Origin: a bacterium
GTDB taxonomy: Bacteria; Patescibacteriota; Patescibacteriia; SG8-24
NCBI GenBank assembly: GCA_021824285.1
Contig: JAKAKZ010000003.1
Location: forward strand, 571-64,570
Reading direction: 5' to 3'
Length of the DNA stretch: 64,000 bases
A model generated the notes under the pieces. It had not been told where the DNA came from. It saw only the letters and a program-made list of their open reading frames with translations, and searched no databases. The first letter of the stretch is position 1. The number at the start of each line of letters is the position of its first letter. Shown here piece by piece: positions 27,170-36,586 of this stretch. The translations under genes and the position numbers were made by a program.

Positions 27170-29215
27170 TTATTTCAAAACTACCTGAAACACGTCGGCC
27201 GTGAGCGTCAGTATTTCCGCTTTGCCGTCCTTGTCGATGTCCGCGGCTGCCACGTAGACGCCGTTGCGCGCTGCCGGGTCGCCGGCGAAGAAGCCCTTGC
27301 CCCAAGCTTTGCCATAACCGGAAAACACGCGGACGTGCGGTCCGCCGCCTGGCGCCGCCCCGGTAATGACTTCTGCCTTGCCGTCGCCATCCAGGTCAGC
27401 CGCGGCCACGCGGACGCCGCCGGTGAAACCGATGCCGTAAGGCTGGAAAGCGGCAATCTGCTGTCCGTCTTTGGAGTAGATGCGGACCATGGAGGTTGTG
27501 CCTTTGCCGCTGCCGGTCACGATGACCGGCCGGTTCGTGCCGTAGACGTCCGCCACCGCGACTTGTACGCCGCCACGCAGGTTCTTGTCGCCAGCGAAAA
27601 AGCCGGGGTTCCAGGCGTGTCCGTCAACGGTCCAAATGCGGACCTGCGGTCCGCCCCCCGCGCCGGCACCGGTCACGATTTCCGGAATGCGGTCGTTATT
27701 CAGGTCGCCGACCGCGATATGCACGCCGGCTGAATAGGTTTCGCCGTAGGGCGCGAAGGAGGCATGCACCGTACCGTCGGCGTTCCAGATCGTGACGCGG
27801 GTCTTGCCGCCGCTCACCTTGCCCAGCCGGCCGCTGCCGTCCAGGTCCGCAAAGACCATGTCAGCCTGGCCGTCGGCCGCCGCGTCATAGGCGAAGAAAC
27901 CGTTGCGCAGCCGGTCGCCGCTCGCATCATAGATCCGGGCGAACATGCCGTTCGGGAACGTGCTGCCGATGATTTTGGAAATTGGCTTGCGCAGCAGGAT
28001 GCCGTCCTGCGCCGAAAGCGTCACGGAATTGACCACCGTGCCATCGTTGACGTCCGGAGCCTGCGCGCCGCGGATCTTTTCCAGGTCTTGGCCGAAGGTA
28101 ACGGTCTGCGACCGGTTCGTGGAGTTGATGAGCACCACGCCGTCCTCGAAGTCGCGGCGCCAGACGCCGGGCGCCAGACTGCGCGAGCGCAGGTTCAGCA
28201 TGTTGATGGGCTGATTGATGGGGCGCCCCAGGTTCACGTCGTATTCGTCGTAACGCCAGAGCTGACCGTGGTCCTGTTCGCCGAAGTCGTAGGAGAAAAA
28301 GCCGTCGCCCAGGAGCGCGGAGGCGAGGCCGTAGCGCACGCGGCGGTAGTTCGTGCTCTGGTCCGTGTTGCCGCCGTTCATGTTGATGATGAAAGTCGCC
28401 GGATAGCCGACCTCGCGGTGCAGGTTGAGGTAATTCGCCATCACGCCCTGCCAGGTGCCGCCGGCCTCCCAGGGGGTAGGGAAGGACTCGAACATTCGGC
28501 CGTTCACGTACGGCTGCAGTTCGGCGGTCGAGTCGCCGTTCGTCACGATGACCGCGTCCTGACCGAGCAGGTCGCGCGTGGTCTTGAGCAGGTTGACCAT
28601 CGACCGTTTCCAGCCCGTATCGGCGAGCGCCGGGTCGTCTTTCACGCCGTCGCCGTTCAGATCCAGGTCGCCGCCGTTGACCCAGGAGATGTTCGACGAG
28701 AATTCGTCATAGAAAATACCGTCCCAGGCGCCGGAAGCCATGACCGTGTCTTTGGTGAAGTGCGCCAACCAATCACCCCAGCCGCGCAGGGGATTGAGCA
28801 TCCGGGTGCCGGACCAGATGGAAATCTGGTTGCCGCGGCCGTCCTTGAGCCACCAGTCGTCCTTGATGCCGGCACGCAGCTTGGCATGCACCGGATCGGT
28901 CCAGTACTGGTCGTTCCAGGATTTGGTCGGGATGTAGGCGAGGATGATGATCCGCGGGTTCAGCCGCCGCAGCTCGGAGAACATGCCGGCGTTGTAGTAC
29001 TGGGCCTCGAGCGGCAGGACGAGCAGGTCGTAGGCCGCGAGTTTCGGATAGTCCTGCGGTCCGATGTCCGAACCGGCGCGCATGTACATGTCGGCCGTGC
29101 GCACGAAGCGGTCGGCCGGGGTCTTCAAGGAAGCCGCCTCGGCCGGGAGCACGAGCGACAGCAGCGTCAAGGCCGCCACGGCAACCGTCAGTATTTTTTT
29201 CCAGTCAGCGCTCAT
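27170..29215 (-). CDS. Secreted putative glycoside hydrolase (GHL15-like TIM barrel) with C-terminal FG-GAP-like repeats
   Basis: Signal peptide, WDGIFYDE, NGRMFESF, GVWRRDFEDG; repeated GVxVAxxD..G.G..EI.TGA..GGGP.VR units. Confidence 0.78.
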   Translation of the reverse strand: MSADWKKILTVAVAALTLLSLVLPAEAASLKTPADRFVRTADMYMRAGSDIGPQDYPKLAAYDLLVLPLEAQYYNAGMFSELRRLNPRIIILAYIPTKSWNDQYWTDPVHAKLRAGIKDDWWLKDGRGNQISIWSGTRMLNPLRGWGDWLAHFTKDTVMASGAWDGIFYDEFSSNISWVNGGDLDLNGDGVKDDPALADTGWKRSMVNLLKTTRDLLGQDAVIVTNGDSTAELQPYVNGRMFESFPTPWEAGGTWQGVMANYLNLHREVGYPATFIINMNGGNTDQSTNYRRVRYGLASALLGDGFFSYDFGEQDHGQLWRYDEYDVNLGRPINQPINMLNLRSRSLAPGVWRRDFEDGVVLINSTNRSQTVTFGQDLEKIRGAQAPDVNDGTVVNSVTLSAQDGILLRKPISKIIGSTFPNGMFARIYDASGDRLRNGFFAYDAAADGQADMVFADLDGSGRLGKVSGGKTRVTIWNADGTVHASFAPYGETYSAGVHIAVGDLNNDRIPEIVTGAGAGGGPQVRIWTVDGHAWNPGFFAGDKNLRGGVQVAVADVYGTNRPVIVTGSGKGTTSMVRIYSKDGQQIAAFQPYGIGFTGGVRVAAADLDGDGKAEVITGAAPGGGPHVRVFSGYGKAWGKGFFAGDPAARNGVYVAAADIDKDGKAEILTLTADVFQVVLK

Positions 29216-29275
29216 AATAGTTCCACAACCGTTTCCATACTCCTAAACTCTAAACCCTAAGACATCAAATCTCCA

Positions 29276-29563
29276 CTACCCGCCGTCTTTATTGTCATCA
29301 GGCAGCGCCTTGGGGTTCGGGCTGTACAGCCGGTTCTTGATTTTCCACTGGTTCACGAATTGTCCGATGCCAAAATTCTTCGCCTTGTTCCTGATCTTGG
29401 GGCGCTCTTGGGACCAGCGGACCAGGCTTTCGAAATTGATCTTGTAGCGGCCGCGCACGACGACATATGTCAGAGCGCCGTCCGCCAGGGCACGGCGGAT
29501 GGTTCGGGTATTCACGCCGAAGAGCCGGGCGGCTTCGGAAACGGATACGCGGACGATGTTCAT
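29276..29563 (-). CDS. Small excisionase/MerR-like HTH DNA-binding protein
   Basis: VSVSEAARLFGVNTRTIRRAL...GRYKINFESL. Confidence 0.82.
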   Translation of the reverse strand: MNIVRVSVSEAARLFGVNTRTIRRALADGALTYVVVRGRYKINFESLVRWSQERPKIRNKAKNFGIGQFVNQWKIKNRLYSPNPKALPDDNKDGG

Positions 29564-29914
29564 AGCTGTGGGTGAAGATTGTGGGATAAAGATGCGGGCA
29601 GGAGGTGAGGCCATCAGATTAGATGCCCGTTTCTTTGCCGCCATCTCTATTTATCTCTCGATTTCTATTTATCACAATCCACAATATTAGTCAACATTAC
29701 TGTAGACTTATGTCGGCAATTTAGGCTCTTGAACCCTTTTGCTACAGTGCTTCGTATTAATGATTACGCAATCGCCGCCACCCATATATTCAGTCCGCCG
29801 TTGAGCTTCTTTGGGCTTAAAAGGATTGCCAGAAAGCACCCAGCATGCTATATTCGTCCAGTCATTTTAATCGGCAGGGTGGAGCTTATTTTCAATTCAA
29901 AGCTCCTCCCAGGG

Positions 29915-29940
29915 TGTAACGCTTGGCCGCTTCTTACGTC
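29915..29940 (+). promoter_or_regulatory. ECF-type autoregulatory promoter
   Basis: TGTAAC-N16-CGTC ending 7 nt before the sigma ATG. Confidence 0.65.
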
Positions 29941-29947
29941 TAATTGG

Positions 29948-30547
29948 ATGTCGAACATTTTGAAAGAAAAATTCCTCCTGTTCCGCATCCGCGCCAAGAA
30001 GGACCCCGATGCCTTCGGCCAGATCTACGACGCCTACGTGCGCAAGATCTACCGTTTCATCTACTTCAAAGTCGCGAGCGCGGAACTGGCCGAGGATCTC
30101 ACTTCCGAGACCTTCCTGAAGGCCTGGCAGTACCTGATGGAGAAGCGTGAGGTCCCGCATCTGCAGGCCCTCCTATATACAGTCGCGCGCAACGTGGTCA
30201 TCGACCACTACCGCGCGGCGGCCCACCTGCAGGCGGACATCCCGCTCGACGAAGCCGTGGCCAACGAACTGACTTCCGCGGGGAGCGAAAAGCTCCTCAA
30301 GGACGTCGAGGCCGGCATCGACATGATGAAGGTGCTCGAGAAGCTCCGCGGACTCAAAGACGAGTACCGCGAAGTCGTGGTCATGAAGTATCTCGACGAG
30401 CTAACCACGAGTGAGATCGCAACGGCCTTGGGGAAGACTCAAGCCAACGTCCGGGTCATCCTGCACAGGGCGACCAAGGCGCTCGGCGATTCTATCCAAG
30501 ACGCCCGTGAACGAACTCCGCAAAATCCTGACCGCAGTGAAGAATGA
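29948..30547 (+). CDS. ECF RNA polymerase sigma factor
   Basis: AFGQIYDAY..IYRFI, AEDLTSETFLKAW, LYTVARN, region 4 EIATALGKT..NVRVILHRA. Confidence 0.93.
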   Translation: MSNILKEKFLLFRIRAKKDPDAFGQIYDAYVRKIYRFIYFKVASAELAEDLTSETFLKAWQYLMEKREVPHLQALLYTVARNVVIDHYRAAAHLQADIPLDEAVANELTSAGSEKLLKDVEAGIDMMKVLEKLRGLKDEYREVVVMKYLDELTTSEIATALGKTQANVRVILHRATKALGDSIQDARERTPQNPDRSEE

Positions 30548-31568
30548 ACGGCGAGGTGGCGCCCCGCACGATTCTTGGGTTTCCCGCGAACGCGACATCC
30601 TGATGATGCAGGTCCGCAACACGATGGACCTCAACGCGAAACCCGGACTCGGCGACTCGATGCGCCACCTTTTCGGTATCTTCCTGCCGCTCCAGACCCT
30701 GGCCCTCGCCGGCCGGGCCGTCGCGCTGTTCGCCCTGGTGTTCGCCACCGTCATCGGCGGCGGCGCCGCGACCGCCAACCTCTACCGGGCCGCCATGCCG
30801 GGCTCCGTGGGCTATTCCTTCAAGCTGGCCGTCGAGAAGCTGCAGCTGGCCGTCGCGCCGACCGCAGAATACCGTGCCAACCTGTTCGCCGAGTTCGCCG
30901 ACCGCCGCATGGATGAGGTGGCCAAGCTCGCGGAAGCCGGCAAGAGCCGCACGAGCGACCACCTGCCCTCCGTCCTGGCTTCCTTATCTAAAGACATCAC
31001 CGGTTTGGGCGGTGCGCTCGCCGATCTCGAGAAGTCCCGCGACGCCGCCTCGCTCGAATCCGCCAAGCTGATGGAGCGCAAGATGGCCAGCTACCAGGCC
31101 GCGCTTTCCAGGTCCGCGGCGCTCATCGCGCCGTCTTACCACGGCGACTTCCTGGCGGTGCGCGACCGTGTGGATGACCTCTCGGTCAAGGCCATGGCCG
31201 TCATCGTGGAGAAGCATCTGGAAGGGGACAGCGCGGCGCCGCGCGGCGTGCTCGTGGCCAAGTTCGAGGATCACCTGAACGAGGCCGAAGCGAAAGCCGA
31301 ACAGGCGGCGGCGACGGCATCGCCGGAGAAGACCCAGCAGACCAAGGCCGCCATCGCCGAAGCGAAACAGCTGGTGAAGGAAGAGAAGTACGAAGCGGCG
31401 CTCTCCAAGATGGCGGAAGTCGTCGAACTGACCAAGGATGTGGAGGCGACGAACCAGGATGAAGCCAAGACGAATGACGCCACAACCGACCATGTCGCGG
31501 CCCCGGACAAGAACGCCACGAACGATCTGACCGCCACGACCGACAAGACTGAAACGCCGAAACCATAA
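30507..31568 (+). CDS. Putative anti-sigma factor (DUF5667-like)
   Basis: Overlaps the sigma gene end; one TM then AMPGSVGYSFKLAVE...FADRRMDEV; helical C-terminus. Confidence 0.75.
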   Translation: MNELRKILTAVKNERRGGAPHDSWVSRERDILMMQVRNTMDLNAKPGLGDSMRHLFGIFLPLQTLALAGRAVALFALVFATVIGGGAATANLYRAAMPGSVGYSFKLAVEKLQLAVAPTAEYRANLFAEFADRRMDEVAKLAEAGKSRTSDHLPSVLASLSKDITGLGGALADLEKSRDAASLESAKLMERKMASYQAALSRSAALIAPSYHGDFLAVRDRVDDLSVKAMAVIVEKHLEGDSAAPRGVLVAKFEDHLNEAEAKAEQAAATASPEKTQQTKAAIAEAKQLVKEEKYEAALSKMAEVVELTKDVEATNQDEAKTNDATTDHVAAPDKNATNDLTATTDKTETPKP

Positions 31569-31792
31569 AAACGTCACATATATATAGGAGCGGAGCGCAA
31601 GGCCCCTCCGGAAAAACAAAAACACCTAAACAAACACCTTCGCCGTCGCATAACATCGCTCACTACAATCCGACACGGTTCAAGGCTCAATGGCACTGGT
31701 TGTTGGGTTGAGAGTTGAAAGTTGACAGTTGAGTTCCGGCCGGGACTTTCAACTTTAAACTCTAAACTTTCAACCGCACGAACAATGCCATT

Positions 31793-32021
31793 GGGTCTGG
31801 CAACCGAACGCCTGACCGTGCGCCCGATCCGCGCGCCCGCTTCCCTTCGAAAAGGAACGGCCGCTGCAGATCGGCCGCACTGTCCGGTAACCGGTCGTTC
31901 AGACCCGTATATGTCGGAAACACGACGCATCAGCCCACAAGGTCGAGTCCCACAAGGACGCTGGCGCGTACGCCGCCGCAGGATTACCTGCGGGGCTACT
32001 CCAAAAGGATTACTTCAACTT
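31793..32021 (+). promoter_or_regulatory. Structured 5' leader of the S-layer-like gene
   Basis: GGGTCTG (31793) pairs with CAGACCC (31900) around nested stems; further hairpins up to the ATG. Confidence 0.6.
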
Positions 32022-35000
32022 ATGAACAACGTGTTACGTATGAGCCGGAAGGCCATGACGGGCGCTGTCGTCGCTACGACGATCGCCTGGTCCATCGGTC
32101 TCTCCGCCCTCGTCGCCCCGCTGGCCGTCAAGGCCGCGCCGGCTGCGGGCACGCTCGTCAAGGCTTCCCTCCCGGCCGTCTACTACGTCGGCTCGGACGG
32201 CAAGCGCTATGTCTTCCCGAACGAGAAGACCTACAAGACCTGGTACGCTGATTTCTCCAGCGTCCAGACCATCACTGATGCGGAACTCGCCGCGCTCCCG
32301 ATTGGTGGCAACGTCACCTACAAGCCGGGCGTCCGCATGATCAAGATCACCTCGCTCCCGAAGGTGTACGCCGTCTCCAAGGGCGGTGCGCTCCACTGGG
32401 TCACCAGCGAGGCGGTCGCCACCGCGCTCTACGGCGCGAACTGGAACAAGATGATCGATGACGTACCGGATTGGGCGTGGGTCAACTACGTCGAGTCCTC
32501 GGACATCAACTCGGCCAGCGATTTCAACGCTTCCTCCGAGTCGTCCATCGCCTCGATCAACCTCGACAAGAACCTCGGCAGCTCCGCTGTCGTTACGGGT
32601 GCCTTGTCCGCCTCTCTCAGCTCGAGCAGCCCGGCTGCCACGACGCTGCCGAAGGGCGCCACTGGCGTCGTTCTCGTCAAGCTTGATGTCCGCAACGGCG
32701 GTTCGTCCGCCGCGGTCGTCGACTCCCTGACGGTGCGCCGCTCCGGTCCGGGCGCGGCCTCGGATTTCTCCGCGGTCTACGTCTACAACGACAACAACCG
32801 CCTGACCACCGGTCGGACGATCAACTCGTCCACCAACGAGGCCTCGTTCAGCGGTCTCGGCCTGTCGCTCGCCGCTGGTGAGAGCAAGTCTCTCTCCATC
32901 GTCGCCGACATCGCCTCGTCCGTTGGCGCCGGCAACGTCAGCGCGTTCTCCGTCGTCTCTCTGAGCGCCGGTACGACCGCCGCTTCCGGCCTGCCGCTCG
33001 CTGGCCCGAACTTCACCATGTCTTCCGCCACGGCCGGTTCCCTGACTGTCACCAAGTCCGGCGCCAGCCCGCTGTCCAACGTCAAGTTGGGCGGTATGGC
33101 CCAGAAGATCGGTGAGTTCCAGCTCGCCGTCGGCTCCGCCGAGGATGTCCGCCTCGCCAAGATTGCCTTGTACGAGGCTGGCGCGGTCAGCAAGTCCTCT
33201 CTCTCCAACTTTGCCCTCAAGCAGGCCGGTCTGACGATCGCCACTGCCGCGGGTATCGACAGCAAGGATCGCGTCACCTTCGTGCTCGCGGCTCCGATGC
33301 TCCTGGAGAAGGGCACTTCCCGCACCTTCGAGGTGTTCGCTGATGTCGCGGCCAACGCCCGCGTCGGCTCCACCGAGACCATCCTCTCCTACGTCGATCA
33401 GGCCTCTGACGTTCTCGCGATCGGTCAGACCTACGGCGTCGGCGTGAGCGTGGATATCGGCTCCTCCGGCAACTACAACGGCACTTCCTGTGCCCTGGGC
33501 GCCGGCAACTGCTCCTCGACTCGCATTGAGGGCGGCCAGCTGACGGTTACCTTCAACGGCCCGGCCGTTAAGGACATCGCCGTCAACGGCAAGGATGTCG
33601 AGCTCTACAACTTCACCATGGCTGCGGCCAGCAACCTCGAAGTGCGCTACCTGCGCATGCAGATCAATGCTGCCAACGTCGCTGGTACCAACGACGGTCT
33701 CATCGACACGTCCGGCACCGCGGTCGCCAACTACTCGGACATCAAGGTCACCGACGTCGCCACTGGCGCCATCGTGGCCGGTCCGCTGTCGTTGAGCACC
33801 TCGGGTTCCGACTCCACCCAGGCTCTGACCTTCACCGAGGTGTTCAACCTCGCTCCGGGCCAGGCCCGCACCTTCAAGGTGACGGCTGATGTCGCGAACA
33901 ACGCCGACGCCACCTTCGCCAACGACACGGTCAGCATCGACCGCCTCGCTTGGAGCTCTGGTGACATCCGCAACCTGGACAACAGCACCAACATTGCCCT
34001 CTCCGACATCGTGCCGAACACGACTGCCGCGGGTAATGCCCACAACATCAAGTCCCCGAGCCTGACGGCCTCCGCCGGTTCCACGCCGGTCGCGCAGACC
34101 TTCATCATGGGTTCGCAGGGCGTCGCGTTCCTCGGTCTCAACCTGAAGGCGGGCGATGCGTCTGACATCAACGTCAGCTCGCTCACCCTCAAGGGCATGA
34201 TCGACGCTACGCAGGACGGCACCTTCGCCCAGGGTCAGGAATCCACTGGCAACACTGTCGCCGCGGTCGTCGCGACGGCTAAGCTGATGAACGGTGCGAC
34301 CCAGCTCGGTCAGACCAAGTCCCCGGCCACGTCTTCGGGCGTCGGCACTGGCGGCGACATGACCTTCGACAACCTGAACCTCACGGTTCCGAAGGGCCAG
34401 TCGCTCGCTCTGACGCTCGTCGTCAACCTGAACGGCGGTCTCGGCTCGATCTCGAGCGACCTCCGCTTCGACGTGACCGCCGGCTCCGCTACGGATGCTG
34501 ACGGCAACAACGTCTCGGTCAGCGGCCTGACGGTCACTGGCACGAAGATGACGGTCAAGTCCGCCGGTACGCTCACGCTGGCTCTCGCTCCGGATGATAC
34601 GGAGTCCGAGGCCGGTCTGGTCGTCGGTGGTTCTTCGAACGCCGTCCTCGGCAAGTTCAAGTTCACCGCCCAGAACGAGGAGCTGAAGCTCACCAAGCTT
34701 AACGCCACGGTCGATACGGCCGCCGGCGTCAGCAGCTTGAGCCTCTTCGACGGTTCCACCCTCGTCGCCGGTCCGATCGGCGTCGACGGCACGGGCCTCG
34801 CCTCCTTCACTGGCGTCAACTTCGTCATCCCGAAGGATGCTTCTAAGGTCCTGACCGTTAAGGGCAACCTGAACGCGGTGGGCGCCTCCGGCGCTACGAC
34901 CGGTTCCTCGGTCCGCCTCGGTCTGTCCACCACCAACTTCGAGGTCCGCGGCACGTCGGCCGGCTCCAGCACTCTGCTGACCGCCCCGTCCTCCGGCGCC

Positions 35001-35561
35001 TTCCCGTTGGCGGCCAACCCGAAGGTCGCCCGCAAGTCCAAGCCGACGGTGTCCGTTGTCGCTCTGCCGACCACGACGCTGTCCGGCGGCGACCAGGTCG
35101 TCCTGCGCTTCACGGTTGCGGCTGACGCTGCCAGCGACATCTCGCTCGGCCAGCTCCACGCCACGATCACGAAGAGCGGTTCCGTCGTCGTTGCCCTCCC
35201 GGCTTCGCCGACCACCAAGACCCTGCGCCGCACTGGTGGTGACTTCATCACCCTCGGCACTGTGACCTTCTCGACCAACGACCTGCTCATGGTCCTCTCC
35301 ACGGAGGAGACCGTCGCGGCTGGCACGTCCAAGACCTTCGAGGTCTACATGAACATGACCAGCGCCGCGAACGGCGACAGCGTTACGTCCACCATCCCGA
35401 CGGATGCGGCTAGCGCCACGGGCACTCTGTCCGGCCTCTCGGCCAACAACTTTGTCTGGTCCGACATGTCCATTGTCGGCCACGGCACGGGTACGGCTGA
35501 CTGGGCTTCTGGCTACAAGGTCAAGAGCCTGCCGACGGACTCCCAGTCGCTGGTCAAGTAA
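32022..35561 (+). CDS. Large S-layer-like surface protein (1179 aa)
   Basis: Signal peptide, N-terminal VYY..DGKRYVFPN module, Ser/Thr/Ala/Gly-rich repeated beta-sandwich units, strong codon bias suggesting high expression. Confidence 0.85.
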   Translation: MNNVLRMSRKAMTGAVVATTIAWSIGLSALVAPLAVKAAPAAGTLVKASLPAVYYVGSDGKRYVFPNEKTYKTWYADFSSVQTITDAELAALPIGGNVTYKPGVRMIKITSLPKVYAVSKGGALHWVTSEAVATALYGANWNKMIDDVPDWAWVNYVESSDINSASDFNASSESSIASINLDKNLGSSAVVTGALSASLSSSSPAATTLPKGATGVVLVKLDVRNGGSSAAVVDSLTVRRSGPGAASDFSAVYVYNDNNRLTTGRTINSSTNEASFSGLGLSLAAGESKSLSIVADIASSVGAGNVSAFSVVSLSAGTTAASGLPLAGPNFTMSSATAGSLTVTKSGASPLSNVKLGGMAQKIGEFQLAVGSAEDVRLAKIALYEAGAVSKSSLSNFALKQAGLTIATAAGIDSKDRVTFVLAAPMLLEKGTSRTFEVFADVAANARVGSTETILSYVDQASDVLAIGQTYGVGVSVDIGSSGNYNGTSCALGAGNCSSTRIEGGQLTVTFNGPAVKDIAVNGKDVELYNFTMAAASNLEVRYLRMQINAANVAGTNDGLIDTSGTAVANYSDIKVTDVATGAIVAGPLSLSTSGSDSTQALTFTEVFNLAPGQARTFKVTADVANNADATFANDTVSIDRLAWSSGDIRNLDNSTNIALSDIVPNTTAAGNAHNIKSPSLTASAGSTPVAQTFIMGSQGVAFLGLNLKAGDASDINVSSLTLKGMIDATQDGTFAQGQESTGNTVAAVVATAKLMNGATQLGQTKSPATSSGVGTGGDMTFDNLNLTVPKGQSLALTLVVNLNGGLGSISSDLRFDVTAGSATDADGNNVSVSGLTVTGTKMTVKSAGTLTLALAPDDTESEAGLVVGGSSNAVLGKFKFTAQNEELKLTKLNATVDTAAGVSSLSLFDGSTLVAGPIGVDGTGLASFTGVNFVIPKDASKVLTVKGNLNAVGASGATTGSSVRLGLSTTNFEVRGTSAGSSTLLTAPSSGAFPLAANPKVARKSKPTVSVVALPTTTLSGGDQVVLRFTVAADAASDISLGQLHATITKSGSVVVALPASPTTKTLRRTGGDFITLGTVTFSTNDLLMVLSTEETVAAGTSKTFEVYMNMTSAANGDSVTSTIPTDAASATGTLSGLSANNFVWSDMSIVGHGTGTADWASGYKVKSLPTDSQSLVK

Positions 35562-35562
35562 T

Positions 35563-35793
35563 GACCGCGTAAGGGTTCTCGTGACTCCTTTGGTCTAAAA
35601 GTCACGGTGCGCGGTACGTGAGTCGGGTGCGGTCGGGGAGTCGGACGCCAAAATAGCGTCCGGCCACCCGCCCACCCGCTCGCGCCGCCGCCTCGGGTCT
35701 CGGTCCGCAATAAAAGCGTTCCGACTAGCCCAACTCGCGCTGCCTGCTCATTCAGGCCGCGCGCCGCAAGACACCGGCTTCCGCCGGTGTTTT
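35563..35793 (+). ncRNA. Candidate structured RNA / 3' UTR ending in an intrinsic terminator
   Basis: Three long hairpins with A-rich loops, then ACACCGGC-TTCC-GCCGGTGTTTT. Confidence 0.45.
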
Positions 35794-35795
35794 GC

Positions 35796-35868
35796 TTATC
35801 CACAAGGGGACAGTCCCTTTTTCACCCAAAAGGGACAGTCCCTTTTTGGGTCAAAAGGGACTGTCCCC
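35796..35868. repeat. Left RAYT flank: TTATCCACA plus three GGGACWGTCCC palindromes
   Basis: Read directly from the sequence. Confidence 0.88.
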
Positions 35869-36449
35869 TAAAAGTCCTTCCGTTTCTTGATCGGGTTTTG
35901 CTGCCACGCTCTCGTCATTGCCCGATATTCCGCTTGGCGTTCCATTGGATTAACTGCAAGTGAAAGATACAGCGGATTTTGATCTATCAACGAATCAGGT
36001 TGGCCATATGCGTAAGTCACATAACTAGACCAAGGGTAGCCTTCTGGATTTTTCGTAATGCCGGCTCTAACAGGATTCAACTCAATATAGATTCCGCAGA
36101 TTGATTGGTAGGCCTCATCAGTAACGATGCGGCTATGGAAACGGCCTTGCCATAAATGTCCGACAAAACCGTATTTTTTCTTATAATAAAGCGAATAAGT
36201 TTGATTGATTGTCTTCATTATAATTGCCAGATTTTGACCGCCGGACACCAATAATTGCATGTGCAGGTGATTGTTCATGACGCAATAATGATAGAGAAGA
36301 AAGGGTGTTTCTTTTTTGGCCTTCTGCACGATGGCCAACATGGCATAAAAGTCCTCATCATCTAGAAAAATGATGTTTTTGTTGTTGCCGCGGCTGACAA
36401 CGTGATAGATCGCCGTACCTGATTCGATTGGTCTGGCAGTTCTTGGCAT
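35868..36449 (-). mobile_element. REP-associated tyrosine transposase (RAYT, Y1/HUH family)
   Basis: MPRTAR...YHVVSRGNNK..IF, YCVMNNHLH (HUH), GHLWQGRF, YIELNPVRAG, YPWSSY; markedly AT-rich. Confidence 0.92.
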
Positions 36450-36492
36450 AGCGCGCTTTCTTTTACACCGTAGCGGCGTCCTTTCAAGGCAG

Positions 36493-36568
36493 TTATCCAC
36501 AAGGGGACTGTCCCTTTTTTGGTCAAAAGGGACTGTCCCTTTTTGGCCCAAAAGGGACTGTCCCCTTT
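36493..36568. repeat. Right RAYT flank: TTATCCACA plus three GGGACTGTCCC palindromes
   Basis: Same orientation as the left flank. Confidence 0.88.
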
Positions 36569-36586
36569 GTGCTATACTTGGCGCAT

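Noticed and set aside
29276-29563. Excisionase marking a prophage or ICE
   Set aside because: No integrase, phage or conjugation genes nearby; treated as a stand-alone HTH protein.
31722-32021. N-terminal extension of the S-layer ORF (likewise 69-215 for pyk, 1695-1772 for ppsA, 8710-8805 for rplT, 24821-24994 for GT4)
   Set aside because: Extensions run through repeats, promoters or structured leaders; conserved domains or signal peptides begin at the later starts.
31793-32021. c-di-GMP or other known riboswitch
   Set aside because: Could not find the conserved motifs of any family I recognise; kept only as an unclassified structured leader.
32034-35483. 1149-aa minus-strand ORF opposite the S-layer gene
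   Set aside because: Mirror-frame artefact of strong codon bias; G/R/D/E-rich with no domain signal.
35796-36568. Possible CRISPR array or replication origin
   Set aside because: Repeats are 11-bp palindromes with ~11-nt A/T linkers, no unique spacers and no cas genes; only isolated DnaA boxes with no dnaA or unwinding element.
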